Source of the DNA: an uncultured Gammaproteobacteria bacterium
GTDB lineage: Bacteria > Pseudomonadota > Gammaproteobacteria > Steroidobacterales > Steroidobacteraceae
Direction: 5' to 3'
Length of the DNA stretch: 64,000 nt
NCBI GenBank assembly: GCA_963731465.1
Contig: CAVSVK010000013.1
Location: forward strand, 246,897 to 310,896
Part shown: one piece after another, positions 1-9,783 of the stretch
Numbering within the stretch: the first letter of the stretch is position 1
Layout of the letters: every line of letters begins with the position of its first letter
Made by a program: the position numbers and the translations under genes
The notes under the pieces: model-generated
What the model saw: only the letters and a program-made list of their open reading frames with translations
Told to the model about the DNA's origin: nothing
The model's database searches: none

Positions 1-643
1 CGCCGACGAAATTTCCCCCGACGTGGCATTTCTCGATGTGCGCATGCCGCAACTCGATGGGCTGGAGGCGGCACGGCAACTGTGCCTCAAGCCGCACCCG
101 CCCCTCATCGTCTTTGTCACCGCCTACGATGCCTACGCGCTCGACGCTTTTGAAACCGCCGCCATCGACTACCTGCTGAAGCCGGTCGAGATCGCGCGCC
201 TGACCAAGTGCATCGAACGGCTTGCCGGACAGTTGAGCCGCGGCAGCAGCGATACCACCCCTGCTGAGATGGCGACGCGCATCGCCGAGCTGCTCGGTTC
301 TCAAAGCGCGGGCAGGGACAAATTGCGCTTCGTGCGCGCGGGCGCGGGCACGACGGTCAAGTTGATCCCCGTCAACGAGGTCCTGTGGTTCGAGGCGGAG
401 GACAAGTACATCACGGTCGCGACCCGCGAGGGCGACAGCATCATTCGCATGCCGCTGCGCGAACTGCTCGAGCAACTCGATGAACAGGTCTTCTGGCAGA
501 TTCACCGCGGCACGGTGGTCAATTCGCAGCACATCGCGCACGCCAAGCGCGATGAACTCGGACATCTGACCCTGACGCTCAAGGGCCGCAAGGATGAAAT
601 CCCCGTCAGCCGCCAGTTCGCGCACCTTTTCAAGCAGATGTAG
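1..643 (+). CDS. LytTR-family response regulator, 5'-truncated by window edge
   Basis: Frame is open from nt 2 (ADEISPDVAFLDVRMPQLDG, the receiver phospho-acceptor region). C-terminal LytTR-type domain (VLWFEAEDKYITV...WQIHRGTVVN). Confidence 0.85.
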   Translation, partial: ADEISPDVAFLDVRMPQLDGLEAARQLCLKPHPPLIVFVTAYDAYALDAFETAAIDYLLKPVEIARLTKCIERLAGQLSRGSSDTTPAEMATRIAELLGSQSAGRDKLRFVRAGAGTTVKLIPVNEVLWFEAEDKYITVATREGDSIIRMPLRELLEQLDEQVFWQIHRGTVVNSQHIAHAKRDELGHLTLTLKGRKDEIPVSRQFAHLFKQM

Positions 644-652
644 ACTGGGGGC

Positions 653-1834
653 ATGAAGCGGATTCGATCGATTGGCCTGGGGGCCGTGCTGTTGAGCGCG
701 CTGCCCGGCGTTGCCATGCCGGCCGCGGGAGCGGCCGCGGGTGCCGGTGCTGGTGCGGGCGACCCTGTCAGGATGAATCAGATTCAGGTGATCGGCACGC
801 ACAACAGCTATCACGCCGGACTCGCGCCCAGCCAGGCCAAACTCCTGGAGCAGAAGAATCCCAAGCTGTATCAGGCGCTGGAGTATCGCCACCGGCCGCT
901 GGATGCACAGCTGAACTCCGGCGTGCGGCAGATCGAATTGGATATTTACGCCGACAGCGAGGGCGGCCGCTACGCGCATCCCATGGGAATCGATGCGGTC
1001 GCCGCCGCAGGATTGCCGAAGGATCCGGAATTTGACCCGCAGGGCCTCATGAAAAAGCCCGGATTCAAGGTGCTGCACGTGCAGGACCTGGATTTCCGCA
1101 GCACCTGCCAGCAACTCGTAGCCTGTTTGAAAATCGTGCGCGCGTGGTCGCAGGCGCACAAGGATCATGTGCCGATTTTCATTCTTCTCGAGACCAAGCA
1201 GTCCGAGCTGCCGCCTCAATATCACGCGCGGGTCCCGGAAAAATTTACGCCGAGCACCTTCGATGCACTCGACGCGGAAATCCGCTCAGTGTTCAAACCT
1301 GAGGAAATGATCACGCCCGACCAGGTGCGGGGCAATCACGCGACTCTCGAGGAAGCGGTGCTGCACGATGAGTGGCCGACCTTGGCGGCTGCGCGCGGCA
1401 AGGTGGTGTTCCTCATGGATCAACGCCCGGTGGGCCCGGTGTATCTGGAGGGGCATCCCTCCCTGCGCGGCCGCATCATCTTTACCAACGCGGAACCCGG
1501 CCAGCCGGATTGCGCCTTCACCGAAGAGAATGACGGAACGCAGGAAGAGATCGCGGTGCTGGTGCGCAAGGGGTACCTGGTGCGCACGCGCACCGATGCC
1601 GACACGAAGCAGGCGCGCACCAACGATACCTCGCGCCGAGAACTCGCCCTGGCCAGCGGCGCGCAATTGCTGAGCACGGACTATCCGGCGTCGGAGCCCT
1701 CGCCGTGGACCGCTTATTCCGTTGCGCTTCCGGGTGGCGCCGTTGCGCGCTGCAACCCGGTCAACGGCCCATCCTCCTGTTCGAACAAATCCTTCACAAC
1801 CCATCACGTCGCGACGCCGAATAACGGGCCTTGA
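653..1834 (+). CDS. Secreted PI-PLC-like (PLC X-box type) phosphodiesterase
   Basis: N-terminal signal peptide and a (GA)n linker, followed by the IGTHNSYH catalytic-type motif. 393 aa. Confidence 0.7.
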   Translation: MKRIRSIGLGAVLLSALPGVAMPAAGAAAGAGAGAGDPVRMNQIQVIGTHNSYHAGLAPSQAKLLEQKNPKLYQALEYRHRPLDAQLNSGVRQIELDIYADSEGGRYAHPMGIDAVAAAGLPKDPEFDPQGLMKKPGFKVLHVQDLDFRSTCQQLVACLKIVRAWSQAHKDHVPIFILLETKQSELPPQYHARVPEKFTPSTFDALDAEIRSVFKPEEMITPDQVRGNHATLEEAVLHDEWPTLAAARGKVVFLMDQRPVGPVYLEGHPSLRGRIIFTNAEPGQPDCAFTEENDGTQEEIAVLVRKGYLVRTRTDADTKQARTNDTSRRELALASGAQLLSTDYPASEPSPWTAYSVALPGGAVARCNPVNGPSSCSNKSFTTHHVATPNNGP

Positions 1835-1854
1835 AGGCGGTATAATCTTCAACC

Positions 1855-2235
1855 ATGACTCGGCCAACATCCCGCTTGGATCAAGCCTTCCTCAGTCGAC
1901 AAAAACGACGGCTCAGCGAATTGCGGCAGCAAATTCTGCGGGTGCGGCGCGGCGAACAGAGCGCCGAAGCAAGCGCAAATGCGGATACGCGCGATCAGGC
2001 GCGCGAATTCGAGGACGACGCTCAAAAGCTGGCCACACTGGAGCTGGAAGGGAATCTCGAGGCAGCGGACGATGATCGCTTGAGCAACATTGAGCGCGCA
2101 TTGCAAAAGATCGAGGACGGCACGTATGGCCTGTCCGATGCCAGCGGAGCGCCGATCCCGTTGGAGCGGCTCGAGGCCGCTCCGGAAGCGCTGTACACAC
2201 TGGCAGAACAAAAATCGCGCGATGCGGCGCGTTAA
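1855..2235 (+). CDS. DksA/TraR-family protein lacking the C4 zinc-finger cysteines
   Basis: Coiled-coil N-terminus, then LQKIEDGTYGLSDASGAPIPLERLEAAPEALYTLAEQ. This matches the DksA/TraR finger region with Cys replaced by S/S/Y/A. Confidence 0.6.
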   Translation: MTRPTSRLDQAFLSRQKRRLSELRQQILRVRRGEQSAEASANADTRDQAREFEDDAQKLATLELEGNLEAADDDRLSNIERALQKIEDGTYGLSDASGAPIPLERLEAAPEALYTLAEQKSRDAAR

Positions 2236-2256
2236 TGCTTTGAAGGAGTAAGAGAC

Positions 2257-2778
2257 ATGTCTGCACCGACCGAACGCGCAATTCTCGCGGGTGGCTGTTT
2301 TTGGGGTGTCCAGGATCTGTTGCGCCGCTATCCGGGCGTCATCTCCACGCGCGTCGGCTATTCGGGCGGCGATGTGCGCAATGCCACCTACCGCAATCAC
2401 GGCACGCATGCCGAGGCGATCGAGATCATCTTCAATCCGAAACTGATCAGCTATCGCAAGCTGCTGGAGTTTTTCTTCCAGATTCATGATCCGACAACAT
2501 TAAATCGACAGGGCAATGATCGCGGCCTGAGCTACCGCTCCGCCGTCTTCTATAGCGGCGATGAACAGAAGCGCATTGCCGAGGACACCATCGAGGACGT
2601 CAACGCGTCGGGGCTGTGGCCGGGCAAAGTCGTCACAGAACTCGAGCCCGCGGGCGACTTCTGGGAAGCGGAGCCCGAACACCAGGACTACCTCGAACGC
2701 TATCCGGCCGGATACACCTGTCATTTCATCCGTCCCGAATGGCAGCTTCCGGTTCGCCCGGCAGCCAAACAGGCTTAA
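2257..2778 (+). CDS. msrA: Peptide-methionine (S)-S-oxide reductase
   Basis: GGCFWGVQ active-site motif. 173 aa, typical MsrA length. Confidence 0.95.
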   Translation: MSAPTERAILAGGCFWGVQDLLRRYPGVISTRVGYSGGDVRNATYRNHGTHAEAIEIIFNPKLISYRKLLEFFFQIHDPTTLNRQGNDRGLSYRSAVFYSGDEQKRIAEDTIEDVNASGLWPGKVVTELEPAGDFWEAEPEHQDYLERYPAGYTCHFIRPEWQLPVRPAAKQA

Positions 2779-3053
2779 GCGCGCCGGTCGGAGCGGTTCG
2801 TGGCCGCTATCTCACTGTATTTAAAAGCAATTTATTGTCCGCTGAGCTGGCCTTTCACCCTCTGGGTGCGGCCAATCAAAGCGTGCGCCGCTCGTCGATA
2901 CCTACACGTTTTTGGGTCGAATTGACTTGAAACGGCGCTCCATTGTTCCTAGGCTAGGTGTATAAACCGTAAGTAATCGAAGGTCTTGCGCGCGTTTATT
3001 CAATAAAATCAGAAAGAAATCGCACTCTTTTGGCTTCAAGGGATATAAGGACC

Positions 3054-3923
3054 ATGGCTACACAGGCTCGATCAATCGCTTCGCTGACAATCTCTTTCGG
3101 GCTTGTCGCCATTCCGGTGAAGCTCTATTCCGCGACGGTTTCCTCGGAACGCATCTCCTTCAACTTGCTGCGTCAAAAGGACGGCTCGCGCGTGAAGCAA
3201 CAATACGTTGCAGTCAGCGACGGCAAGCTGGTCGAGCGTTCCGAGATGGTCAAGGGATACGAGTTCGCCAAGGACCAGTACGTCATGTTCAGCGCCGAGG
3301 AGCTCAAGGCGCTCGAAGATACGACCAGCCACGCCATCGATATCGGGCAATTCGTGCCGCTGGAATCGGTGGATCCGTTGTATTTCGACGGTACCTATTA
3401 TCTGGCGCCCGACAAGGGCGGCGCGAAGCCCTACACCCTGCTGGCCACGGCATTGCGCAAGTCGCGGCAATGCGCCGTGGGCCGCTGGATTTCGCGCGGC
3501 AAGGAACACATCGTGGTGATCAGACCGATCGAGGACGGTCTGGCGCTGCATCAATTGCATTTCAAGGCCGAGGTCCGCGATCTGAAGGACTTGGGGATCG
3601 AGGCCGCGCCGGTGTCGGAACCGGAATTGAAGCTGGCGCAACAGCTCATCGATCATTTGGCGGCCAAGCGCTTCGACCCCAATGAGTACGCCGATGAGCA
3701 TCGCGCCCGCGTGCAGGCGGCAATCCAGAAAAAAGTCGAGGGCAAGGAAGTATCGCTGTCCGAGGGACCGGTATCGGCCAAGGGCGGCAATGTCATCGAC
3801 CTGATGGAGGCCTTGCGAGCGAGCATCGATGCGCGCGGCTCGAAAGCGACGGATTTGAAGGAGCGCAAGGCACCCAAGCGCGCCGCGGCCGCAGGGTCCG
3901 CGCGCAAATCCGCCCGACGATGA
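3054..3923 (+). CDS. ku: Ku protein (bacterial NHEJ DNA end-binding)
   Basis: RSIASLTISFGLVAIPVKLYSAT Ku-core N-terminus and a basic C-terminal tail (KAPKRAAAAGSARKSARR). ATG at 3054 preferred over the ORF-track TTG at 3030. Confidence 0.95.
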   Translation: MATQARSIASLTISFGLVAIPVKLYSATVSSERISFNLLRQKDGSRVKQQYVAVSDGKLVERSEMVKGYEFAKDQYVMFSAEELKALEDTTSHAIDIGQFVPLESVDPLYFDGTYYLAPDKGGAKPYTLLATALRKSRQCAVGRWISRGKEHIVVIRPIEDGLALHQLHFKAEVRDLKDLGIEAAPVSEPELKLAQQLIDHLAAKRFDPNEYADEHRARVQAAIQKKVEGKEVSLSEGPVSAKGGNVIDLMEALRASIDARGSKATDLKERKAPKRAAAAGSARKSARR

Positions 3924-3924
3924 A

Positions 3925-4770
3925 ATGCATGCCTATGACACGAAAGACCTGGAGCGGCTGTTCGGATTACCGGCTTCGGCTGTTCGTGCATTAGCGCGCT
4001 CGGGAAACATCCAACCCGTCAGACGTTCAGGCAGGCTGCATTACTCGTTTCACGATCTGGTGGTGCTGCGCACCGCCAGCGCGCTGCGCGCCGCGAAAAT
4101 CTCGTCGCAGCGGATCAACAAGACGCTGCAGGAACTGCGCTCGGCGCTGCCCGAAGGCTCGGCGCTCAATAAAATCTCGCTCACCGCGCTCGGCAATCGG
4201 ATCGCCATCCGCGAAGGACAGACCTTACGCGAATCCGAATCGGGCCAGTACGCGCTGGCCTTGGAAATCATCGAAGAGAAGGGCCGCCTGCACGTCATTG
4301 CGCGCCAGGATGCCGCGCCGACGCCCGAAAATTTTCCGCGCACGGCCGCAAAAACCGCCGGCGATTCCGCGGATCAGCACTACGAGCGGGCACTGAGCCT
4401 CGAGGACAGCAACCCACAGACGGCGCAGAGGGCCTACGAATTGTGCCTCAAGAGCAATCCCGATCATCTGGAAGCGCGCATCAACTTAGGACGGCTGCTG
4501 CACCTGGCGGGACGGCTAACCGAGGCGGAGCGCGTTTATCGCGTGGGCGCGAAGGCGGACCCTTTCATCGCCTTCAATCTCGCGGTGGTGCTCGAGGATT
4601 TGGAACGCGAGCCCGAGGCCATCATTGCCTACCGCGAGGCGCTGGCGCTTGATCCGCAATTCGCGGATGCACACTTCAATCTCGCGCGTCTCTATGAGCG
4701 TGCCAGAGATCCCAAAGCATCGCTGCGCCACCTGCTGGCATACCGGCGCATGATGGATCAAGGCGCATGA
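3925..4770 (+). CDS. MerR/excisionase-like HTH + TPR-repeat protein embedded in the NHEJ operon
   Basis: N-terminus YDTKDLERLFGLPASAVRALARSG...LHYSFHDLVVLR (HTH-like). C-terminal TPR-like repeats (AQRAYELCLKSNPDHLEARINLGRLL; EAIIAYREALALDPQFADAHFNLARLYE). Single-nt gaps to ku and to ligD. Confidence 0.65.
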   Translation: MHAYDTKDLERLFGLPASAVRALARSGNIQPVRRSGRLHYSFHDLVVLRTASALRAAKISSQRINKTLQELRSALPEGSALNKISLTALGNRIAIREGQTLRESESGQYALALEIIEEKGRLHVIARQDAAPTPENFPRTAAKTAGDSADQHYERALSLEDSNPQTAQRAYELCLKSNPDHLEARINLGRLLHLAGRLTEAERVYRVGAKADPFIAFNLAVVLEDLEREPEAIIAYREALALDPQFADAHFNLARLYERARDPKASLRHLLAYRRMMDQGA

Positions 4771-4771
4771 C

Positions 4772-7468
4772 ATGGCGAAGCCGGCGCTCACGGTTTACCG
4801 CACCAAGCGGGACTTCACGAAAACCGACGAGCCGTCGGGTGAACAGCGCGTAGCTCCCTCCGCGAGACTGCGCTTCGTGGTGCAGAAGCATGCAGCCCGC
4901 CAACTGCACTATGACTTGCGCTTGGAGTGGGAGGGAGTGTTCAAGTCCTGGGCGGTCACCCGGGGACCGTCGCTGAATCCGGCCGACAAGCGCCTGGCTG
5001 TGGAGGTGGAGGATCATCCGCTCGACTACGGTGATTTTGAAGGCACGATCCCGAAGGGCGAGTACGGCGGGGGCACGGTCATGTTATGGGACCGCGGCTT
5101 CTGGATTCCCGAGGGCACAAAGACCACCGAGGACGCGCTGCGGGCGGGGGACCTAAAATTCACGCTGGAGGGCGACAAGCTCAAAGGCAGCTGGGTGCTG
5201 GTCCGCATGCATGGCAATAAGTTCGGCGGCAAGCGCACCAACTGGCTGCTGATCAAACATCGCGACGCGGACTCGAGCGAGACAAGCGGCGATGCCGCGC
5301 TTGAGGAAGATCGCTCGGTTGCCTCCGGGCGCACCATGGAACAGATTGCCGCGGGCAAAGGACGGCGTCCCAAACCCTTCATGCTCGCCACACGCACGCC
5401 GGGCAAAGCCGACGCGGTGTGGAACAGCAACCGCGGCGAGGTCGGCGACGAGGTGGGGCATGCGGCACCCTCGCACAAAATCGCCGCGAAAGAGGCCAAA
5501 GCCGCCAGCACTAAGCGCGCCAAGCCCGTCCTGCTCAAGACGGTGCCCCAGTTCATCGAACCCCAACTGGCAAAATTGGTGGATCGGCCCCCGGATCGCG
5601 CCGGCTGGGGACACGAGGTCAAATTCGACGGTTATCGCGCGCAGCTTCGCGTTGAAAAAGGCAAAGCGATCATCCGCACCCGCAAGGGGCTCGACTGGAC
5701 CGAACGCTTCGGCGCCATTGCGAAGGAGGCGGGCACGTTTCCCGACTGCCTCATCGACGGCGAGATCGTCGCCCTGGACGAACGGCAGCTGCCGAATTTC
5801 GGCGCACTGCAAGCGGCCTTGTCTGCCGAGAAAACCGACGATCTGGTGTTCTATGCGTTTGACTTACTGTTCGAGGGCCGCGAGGATTTACGGGCCCTGG
5901 CTTTGAGCGAGCGCAAGCAACGGCTCGAGAAATTTTTGAATGCGCAACCCGCCGGCGGCCAGATCCGCTACGTCGCGCATCTGCAATCGAATGCCGAGGC
6001 GGTGCTCGCCTCCGCATGCAAGATTGGACTCGAGGGCATCATCTCGAAGAAACTGGATGCGCCGTACAGCTCCGGCCGCAGCGACCGATGGCTCAAGGCG
6101 AAATGCCGTGCAGGCCAGGAAGTCGTGCTCGGCGGCTGGACCACGGAAGCGGGCACGTTGCGATCGCTGCTCGCCGGTGTCTACCGCGACGGGCAGCTGA
6201 ACTACGTCGGCCGCATCGGCACCGGCTACGGGCGGGAGACGGTGAAACTGCTGTTGCCCAAGCTTTCAAAACTGACGCGCGAGAAGAGTCCGTTTGCGGG
6301 TCCCAATGCACCACCCAAGGAGAGCAATGTGCGCTGGCTCAAGCCCGATCTGATTGCAGAGATCGAATTCGAGGGTTGGACCGGCTCGGGCATGATTCGG
6401 CAGGCGGCGTTCAAGGGCCTGCGCGAGGACAAGGATCCCAATGATGTGGTGGCGGAGACAGCAACCATGCAAAAGCCAGCCGAGAATAACGCCGCGCCCA
6501 AGAGGGCGGCGCGCGCAGCCCGAAAAAAGGCAACGGCTCCCAAATCGACGCGACCCGCGGCGCCCGGCCCCTCCACGGTCATGGGCGTGACGCTGTCAAA
6601 ACCCGAGAAGGCGCTGTGGCCCGATGCCGGCGACGGCAAGCCGGTTACCAAGCTCGATCTTGCCCGCTTTTACGAACAAATTGGCGAATGGATGCTGCCG
6701 CATCTTGAAGGCCGCCCCTGTTCGTTGGTGCGCGCGCCCGACGGCATCAAGGGACAGCAATTCTTCCAGCGCCACGCGATGCAGGGCAGTCCAGAGCTGT
6801 TCGACTTCGTGAAGGTGCGCGGCGACAAGGCTCCGTATGTGCAGATTGACCGCGTCGAGGCCTTGGCAGCCGTGGCGCAAATCGGCGCGCTGGAACTGCA
6901 TCCCTGGAATTGCGCCCGCAACGATCCCGAAAGCGCGGGCCGCCTGGTATTTGATTTGGATCCGGCGCCGGATGTCAAATTCGAAGCCGTGATCGCGGCG
7001 GCATTGGACATTCGCGAACGCCTGGAAAAGCTCGGTCTGGTGTGTTTTTGCAAGACCACGGGCGGCAAGGGCCTGCATGTGGTCACGCCGCTGCTGGAGG
7101 GCAAGAAGGCAGTGGCATGGCCCGACGCCAAGAATTTCGCGCATCTGGTGTGCGCGCAAATGGCGCAGGACAGCCCCGCGCGATATCTTGACAACATGTC
7201 CAAAGCAAAGCGCTCCGGGCGGATCTTCCTGGACTACCTGCGCAACGATCGCACGGCGACGGCCGTGGCCGTGCTGTCGCCGCGAGCCCGCGAAGGCGCG
7301 CCGGTGTCCATGCCCTTGGTTTGGCGCGATGTCAAAAACGGCCTCAACCCCAAGGCCTTTACTGTGCGCACCGCTCCGGCACTGCTCGCCAAGGGCGGAC
7401 CATGGAAGGATTATGCGGCCGGCGCGCGCTCACTGCCCGATGCCATCAAGCGGATCACGCGAGCTTAG
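4772..7468 (+). CDS. ligD: Multifunctional NHEJ ligase LigD (phosphoesterase-ligase-polymerase order)
   Basis: N-terminal PE domain (FVVQKHAARQLHYDLRLE), ligase motif I EVKFDGYR, C-terminal primase-polymerase domain (TTGGKGLHVV). 898 aa. Confidence 0.95.
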   Translation: MAKPALTVYRTKRDFTKTDEPSGEQRVAPSARLRFVVQKHAARQLHYDLRLEWEGVFKSWAVTRGPSLNPADKRLAVEVEDHPLDYGDFEGTIPKGEYGGGTVMLWDRGFWIPEGTKTTEDALRAGDLKFTLEGDKLKGSWVLVRMHGNKFGGKRTNWLLIKHRDADSSETSGDAALEEDRSVASGRTMEQIAAGKGRRPKPFMLATRTPGKADAVWNSNRGEVGDEVGHAAPSHKIAAKEAKAASTKRAKPVLLKTVPQFIEPQLAKLVDRPPDRAGWGHEVKFDGYRAQLRVEKGKAIIRTRKGLDWTERFGAIAKEAGTFPDCLIDGEIVALDERQLPNFGALQAALSAEKTDDLVFYAFDLLFEGREDLRALALSERKQRLEKFLNAQPAGGQIRYVAHLQSNAEAVLASACKIGLEGIISKKLDAPYSSGRSDRWLKAKCRAGQEVVLGGWTTEAGTLRSLLAGVYRDGQLNYVGRIGTGYGRETVKLLLPKLSKLTREKSPFAGPNAPPKESNVRWLKPDLIAEIEFEGWTGSGMIRQAAFKGLREDKDPNDVVAETATMQKPAENNAAPKRAARAARKKATAPKSTRPAAPGPSTVMGVTLSKPEKALWPDAGDGKPVTKLDLARFYEQIGEWMLPHLEGRPCSLVRAPDGIKGQQFFQRHAMQGSPELFDFVKVRGDKAPYVQIDRVEALAAVAQIGALELHPWNCARNDPESAGRLVFDLDPAPDVKFEAVIAAALDIRERLEKLGLVCFCKTTGGKGLHVVTPLLEGKKAVAWPDAKNFAHLVCAQMAQDSPARYLDNMSKAKRSGRIFLDYLRNDRTATAVAVLSPRAREGAPVSMPLVWRDVKNGLNPKAFTVRTAPALLAKGGPWKDYAAGARSLPDAIKRITRA

Positions 7469-7529
7469 GCGCTTGAACTTCCGCGCGCCGAAGCTGCCTT
7501 AAGCTGGGAATACTCAGACAGGCTCCCAA

Positions 7530-8216
7530 GTGAACAGCTCCGACGCCAAGCCGGTCACGATCGAGGTCAGCGCTACGACTCGCGTTTCCGGGCTCTTGAA
7601 TTCGGCGCCGGAATCCAAAGCCTGCTTCGTGGTGGCGCATGGCGCGGGCGCCGGCATGCTGCATCCCTTCATGGCGAAGTTGGCGACGGATTTGGGCGGC
7701 CGGGGCATTGCGACGCTCCGCTATCAGTTCCCGTATATGGAAAAAAACGGCAGGCGGCCGGATCCCCCCGCATTGTGCCACGCCACGGTCCGCGCCGCCG
7801 TCGATGCGGCGCGCGCCTTGCTGCCCGCGCTACCGTTGTTTGCGGGCGGCAAGTCCTTCGGCGGACGCATGAGCTCGCAGGCCCAGGCCGCAAATCCACT
7901 GCCACAAGTGCGGGGACTGGCGTTTCTGGGATTTCCGCTGCACCCGCCGAAGCAGCCGTCGGATTCGCGCGCAGCGCACCTTCTCAAAGTTCAGATTCCC
8001 ATGCTGTTTCTGCAGGGCGCACGCGATCTGTATGCCGAGCCCGAGCTGCTGAATCCATTGATTACGCTGCTCGCGGATCGGGCGACCCTCATGCTGCTGC
8101 CGGACGCGGATCACTCGTTCCACGTACCGGCACGAAGCCGGTTCAACGACGCCCAAATCAACGACGACATGATCAACGCACTTGCGGGTTGGATCGGTGC
8201 GGTAGCTCGCCGGTGA
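7530..8216 (+). CDS. Alpha/beta-fold hydrolase (KANL3/Tex30-like / dienelactone-hydrolase-like)
   Basis: GTG start. Nucleophile elbow GKSFGG and C-terminal DADHSF His motif. Its stop overlaps the start of the next gene (GTGA at 8213-8216). Confidence 0.7.
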   Translation: MNSSDAKPVTIEVSATTRVSGLLNSAPESKACFVVAHGAGAGMLHPFMAKLATDLGGRGIATLRYQFPYMEKNGRRPDPPALCHATVRAAVDAARALLPALPLFAGGKSFGGRMSSQAQAANPLPQVRGLAFLGFPLHPPKQPSDSRAAHLLKVQIPMLFLQGARDLYAEPELLNPLITLLADRATLMLLPDADHSFHVPARSRFNDAQINDDMINALAGWIGAVARR

Positions 8217-9775
8217 CTCTGCTGGCCGAGCTCGTGCAGGCCTCGCAACGGGTGGGCGCAACCGCCGCACGGCGCGTCAAAGTCAGTGAATTGGCCGCGC
8301 TGTTAAAAGTGCTGACGCCTGGCGAAATCGGCATCGGCGTTCACTATCTCTCCGGCGAGATACCCCAGGGAAAAATCGGCATCGGCTATGCGTCGTTGCG
8401 CGCGGCCGCCACCGTCCCGGCCGCGGACGAGAGCGTGCTCACCCTCGCTGAAGTCGATGAAAAGCTGTCGGAACTCGCCGGCATCCGCGGCAGCGGATCC
8501 GCTGCGCGGCGCGCGGCGGCTCTCAAGGCGCTGTTCTCGCGTTCGGCGGCGCCGGAACAGCAGTTCCTGCTGCGCCTCTTGATCGGGGAGCTGCGGCAGG
8601 GCGCGCTCGCCGGTGTCATGGTCGACGCCATCGCCGCGGCCGCCGCAGTGCCGGTGGCCAGCGTGCGCCGGGCTGCGATGTATTCACGGAGTCTAGGGAT
8701 AGTGGCCTCGACGGCGCTACGCGACGGCGCTTCAGGCTTGGAGAAATTCCAGCTCGAACTGTTCTCGCCGATAGCGCCCATGCTGGCGCAAACAGCCGTC
8801 GATGTGGCCGAAGCCCTGCGTGAAATTCACGGGGCCGCCGCTTTTGAATGGAAAATGGACGGCGCGCGCATTCAAGTGCACAAGCAAGGGGCCGAGGTGC
8901 GCATTTACACGCGCAGCTTGAATGAGATTACCGCGGCCATCCCGGAAATCGCGGAGCTTGCGCGCGCTTTTGCAGAACACACCCTGGTCCTCGACGGCGA
9001 GGCGATTGCTTTCGACGCGTCGGGCCGCCCGCATCCATTCCAGGTAACCATGCGGCGCTTCGGCCGCAAGCTCAATGTCGAAGCCTCGCGCAGCGCATTG
9101 CCGATTAAAGCCTTCTTCTTCGACTGCATGCGCTTCGGTGCCGACAGCATCGCTACCTGCACGACTCAAGAGCGTTTTATCGCCCTGGCCGGCGCAGTTC
9201 CGGCGGAGTTTCTGGTTCCACGGCTCGTCACCGATTCCGAGCCCGAGGCGCGCGCCTTTTATCAGGCCGCCATTGCCGCCGGGCACGAAGGTGTCATGGC
9301 AAAGGCGCTGGACGCCCCGTATGAAGCCGGCAATCGCGGCGCGAGCTGGCTCAAGATCAAACGCGTTCACACGCTCGATCTGGTCGTGCTCGGCGCCGAA
9401 TGGGGCTACGGCCGGCGCACCGGAAAACTCTCCAATCTGCACTTGGGCGCCCTCGATCCGGCCAGCGGCGAGTACATCATGCTGGGCAAGACCTTCAAGG
9501 GGCTGACCGACGCCATGCTGACGTGGCAGACGCAGGAATTTCTTAGCAGAGAAATTCGCCGCGACGCGGGGACCGTTTACATTCGCCCGGAGCTGGTGGT
9601 GGAAATCGCATTCAGTGATTTGCAGGCGAGCAGCCGTTATCCGGGAGGACTGGCGCTGCGCCTCGCCCGAGTCAAACGTTATCGGGATGACAAGTCGATT
9701 GAAAACGCCGACACGATGGAAACAGTGCGCCAGATCTACGCAGCCCAATCCGCCGCCGGCGACGCCGAACGCTAG
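8213..9775 (+). CDS. ATP-dependent DNA ligase (Lig1/LigB-like, with N-terminal DNA-binding domain)
   Basis: Motif I EWKMDGAR, EGVMAK, WLKIKR. GTG at 8213 chosen; the ORF-track 5' extension from 7775 overlaps the hydrolase and is Arg/Ala-rich junk. Confidence 0.9.
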   Translation: MTLLAELVQASQRVGATAARRVKVSELAALLKVLTPGEIGIGVHYLSGEIPQGKIGIGYASLRAAATVPAADESVLTLAEVDEKLSELAGIRGSGSAARRAAALKALFSRSAAPEQQFLLRLLIGELRQGALAGVMVDAIAAAAAVPVASVRRAAMYSRSLGIVASTALRDGASGLEKFQLELFSPIAPMLAQTAVDVAEALREIHGAAAFEWKMDGARIQVHKQGAEVRIYTRSLNEITAAIPEIAELARAFAEHTLVLDGEAIAFDASGRPHPFQVTMRRFGRKLNVEASRSALPIKAFFFDCMRFGADSIATCTTQERFIALAGAVPAEFLVPRLVTDSEPEARAFYQAAIAAGHEGVMAKALDAPYEAGNRGASWLKIKRVHTLDLVVLGAEWGYGRRTGKLSNLHLGALDPASGEYIMLGKTFKGLTDAMLTWQTQEFLSREIRRDAGTVYIRPELVVEIAFSDLQASSRYPGGLALRLARVKRYRDDKSIENADTMETVRQIYAAQSAAGDAER

Positions 9776-9783
9776 CGGCCGCG

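Noticed and set aside
740-760. Short GGTGCN microsatellite-like run
   Set aside because: It lies inside the CDS and encodes a (Gly-Ala)n linker after the signal peptide of the PLC-like protein. It is only about 7 units and gives no evidence of phase variation.
2811-2850. AT-rich stretch upstream of ku containing CTGT, checked as a possible LexA/SOS box
   Set aside because: CTGTATTTAAAAGCAA lacks the ACAG half of CTGT-N8-ACAG, and no GAAC-N7-GAAC repeat is present. I could not identify a convincing -35/-10 pair either.
7775-8212. 5' extension of the ligase ORF, which would give a 666-aa protein overlapping the hydrolase gene
   Set aside because: The extension is Arg/Ala-rich and unlike any ligase N-terminus. 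The GTG at 8213 gives a normal ligase N-terminus (VTLLAELVQASQRV...) and a GTGA coupling overlap.
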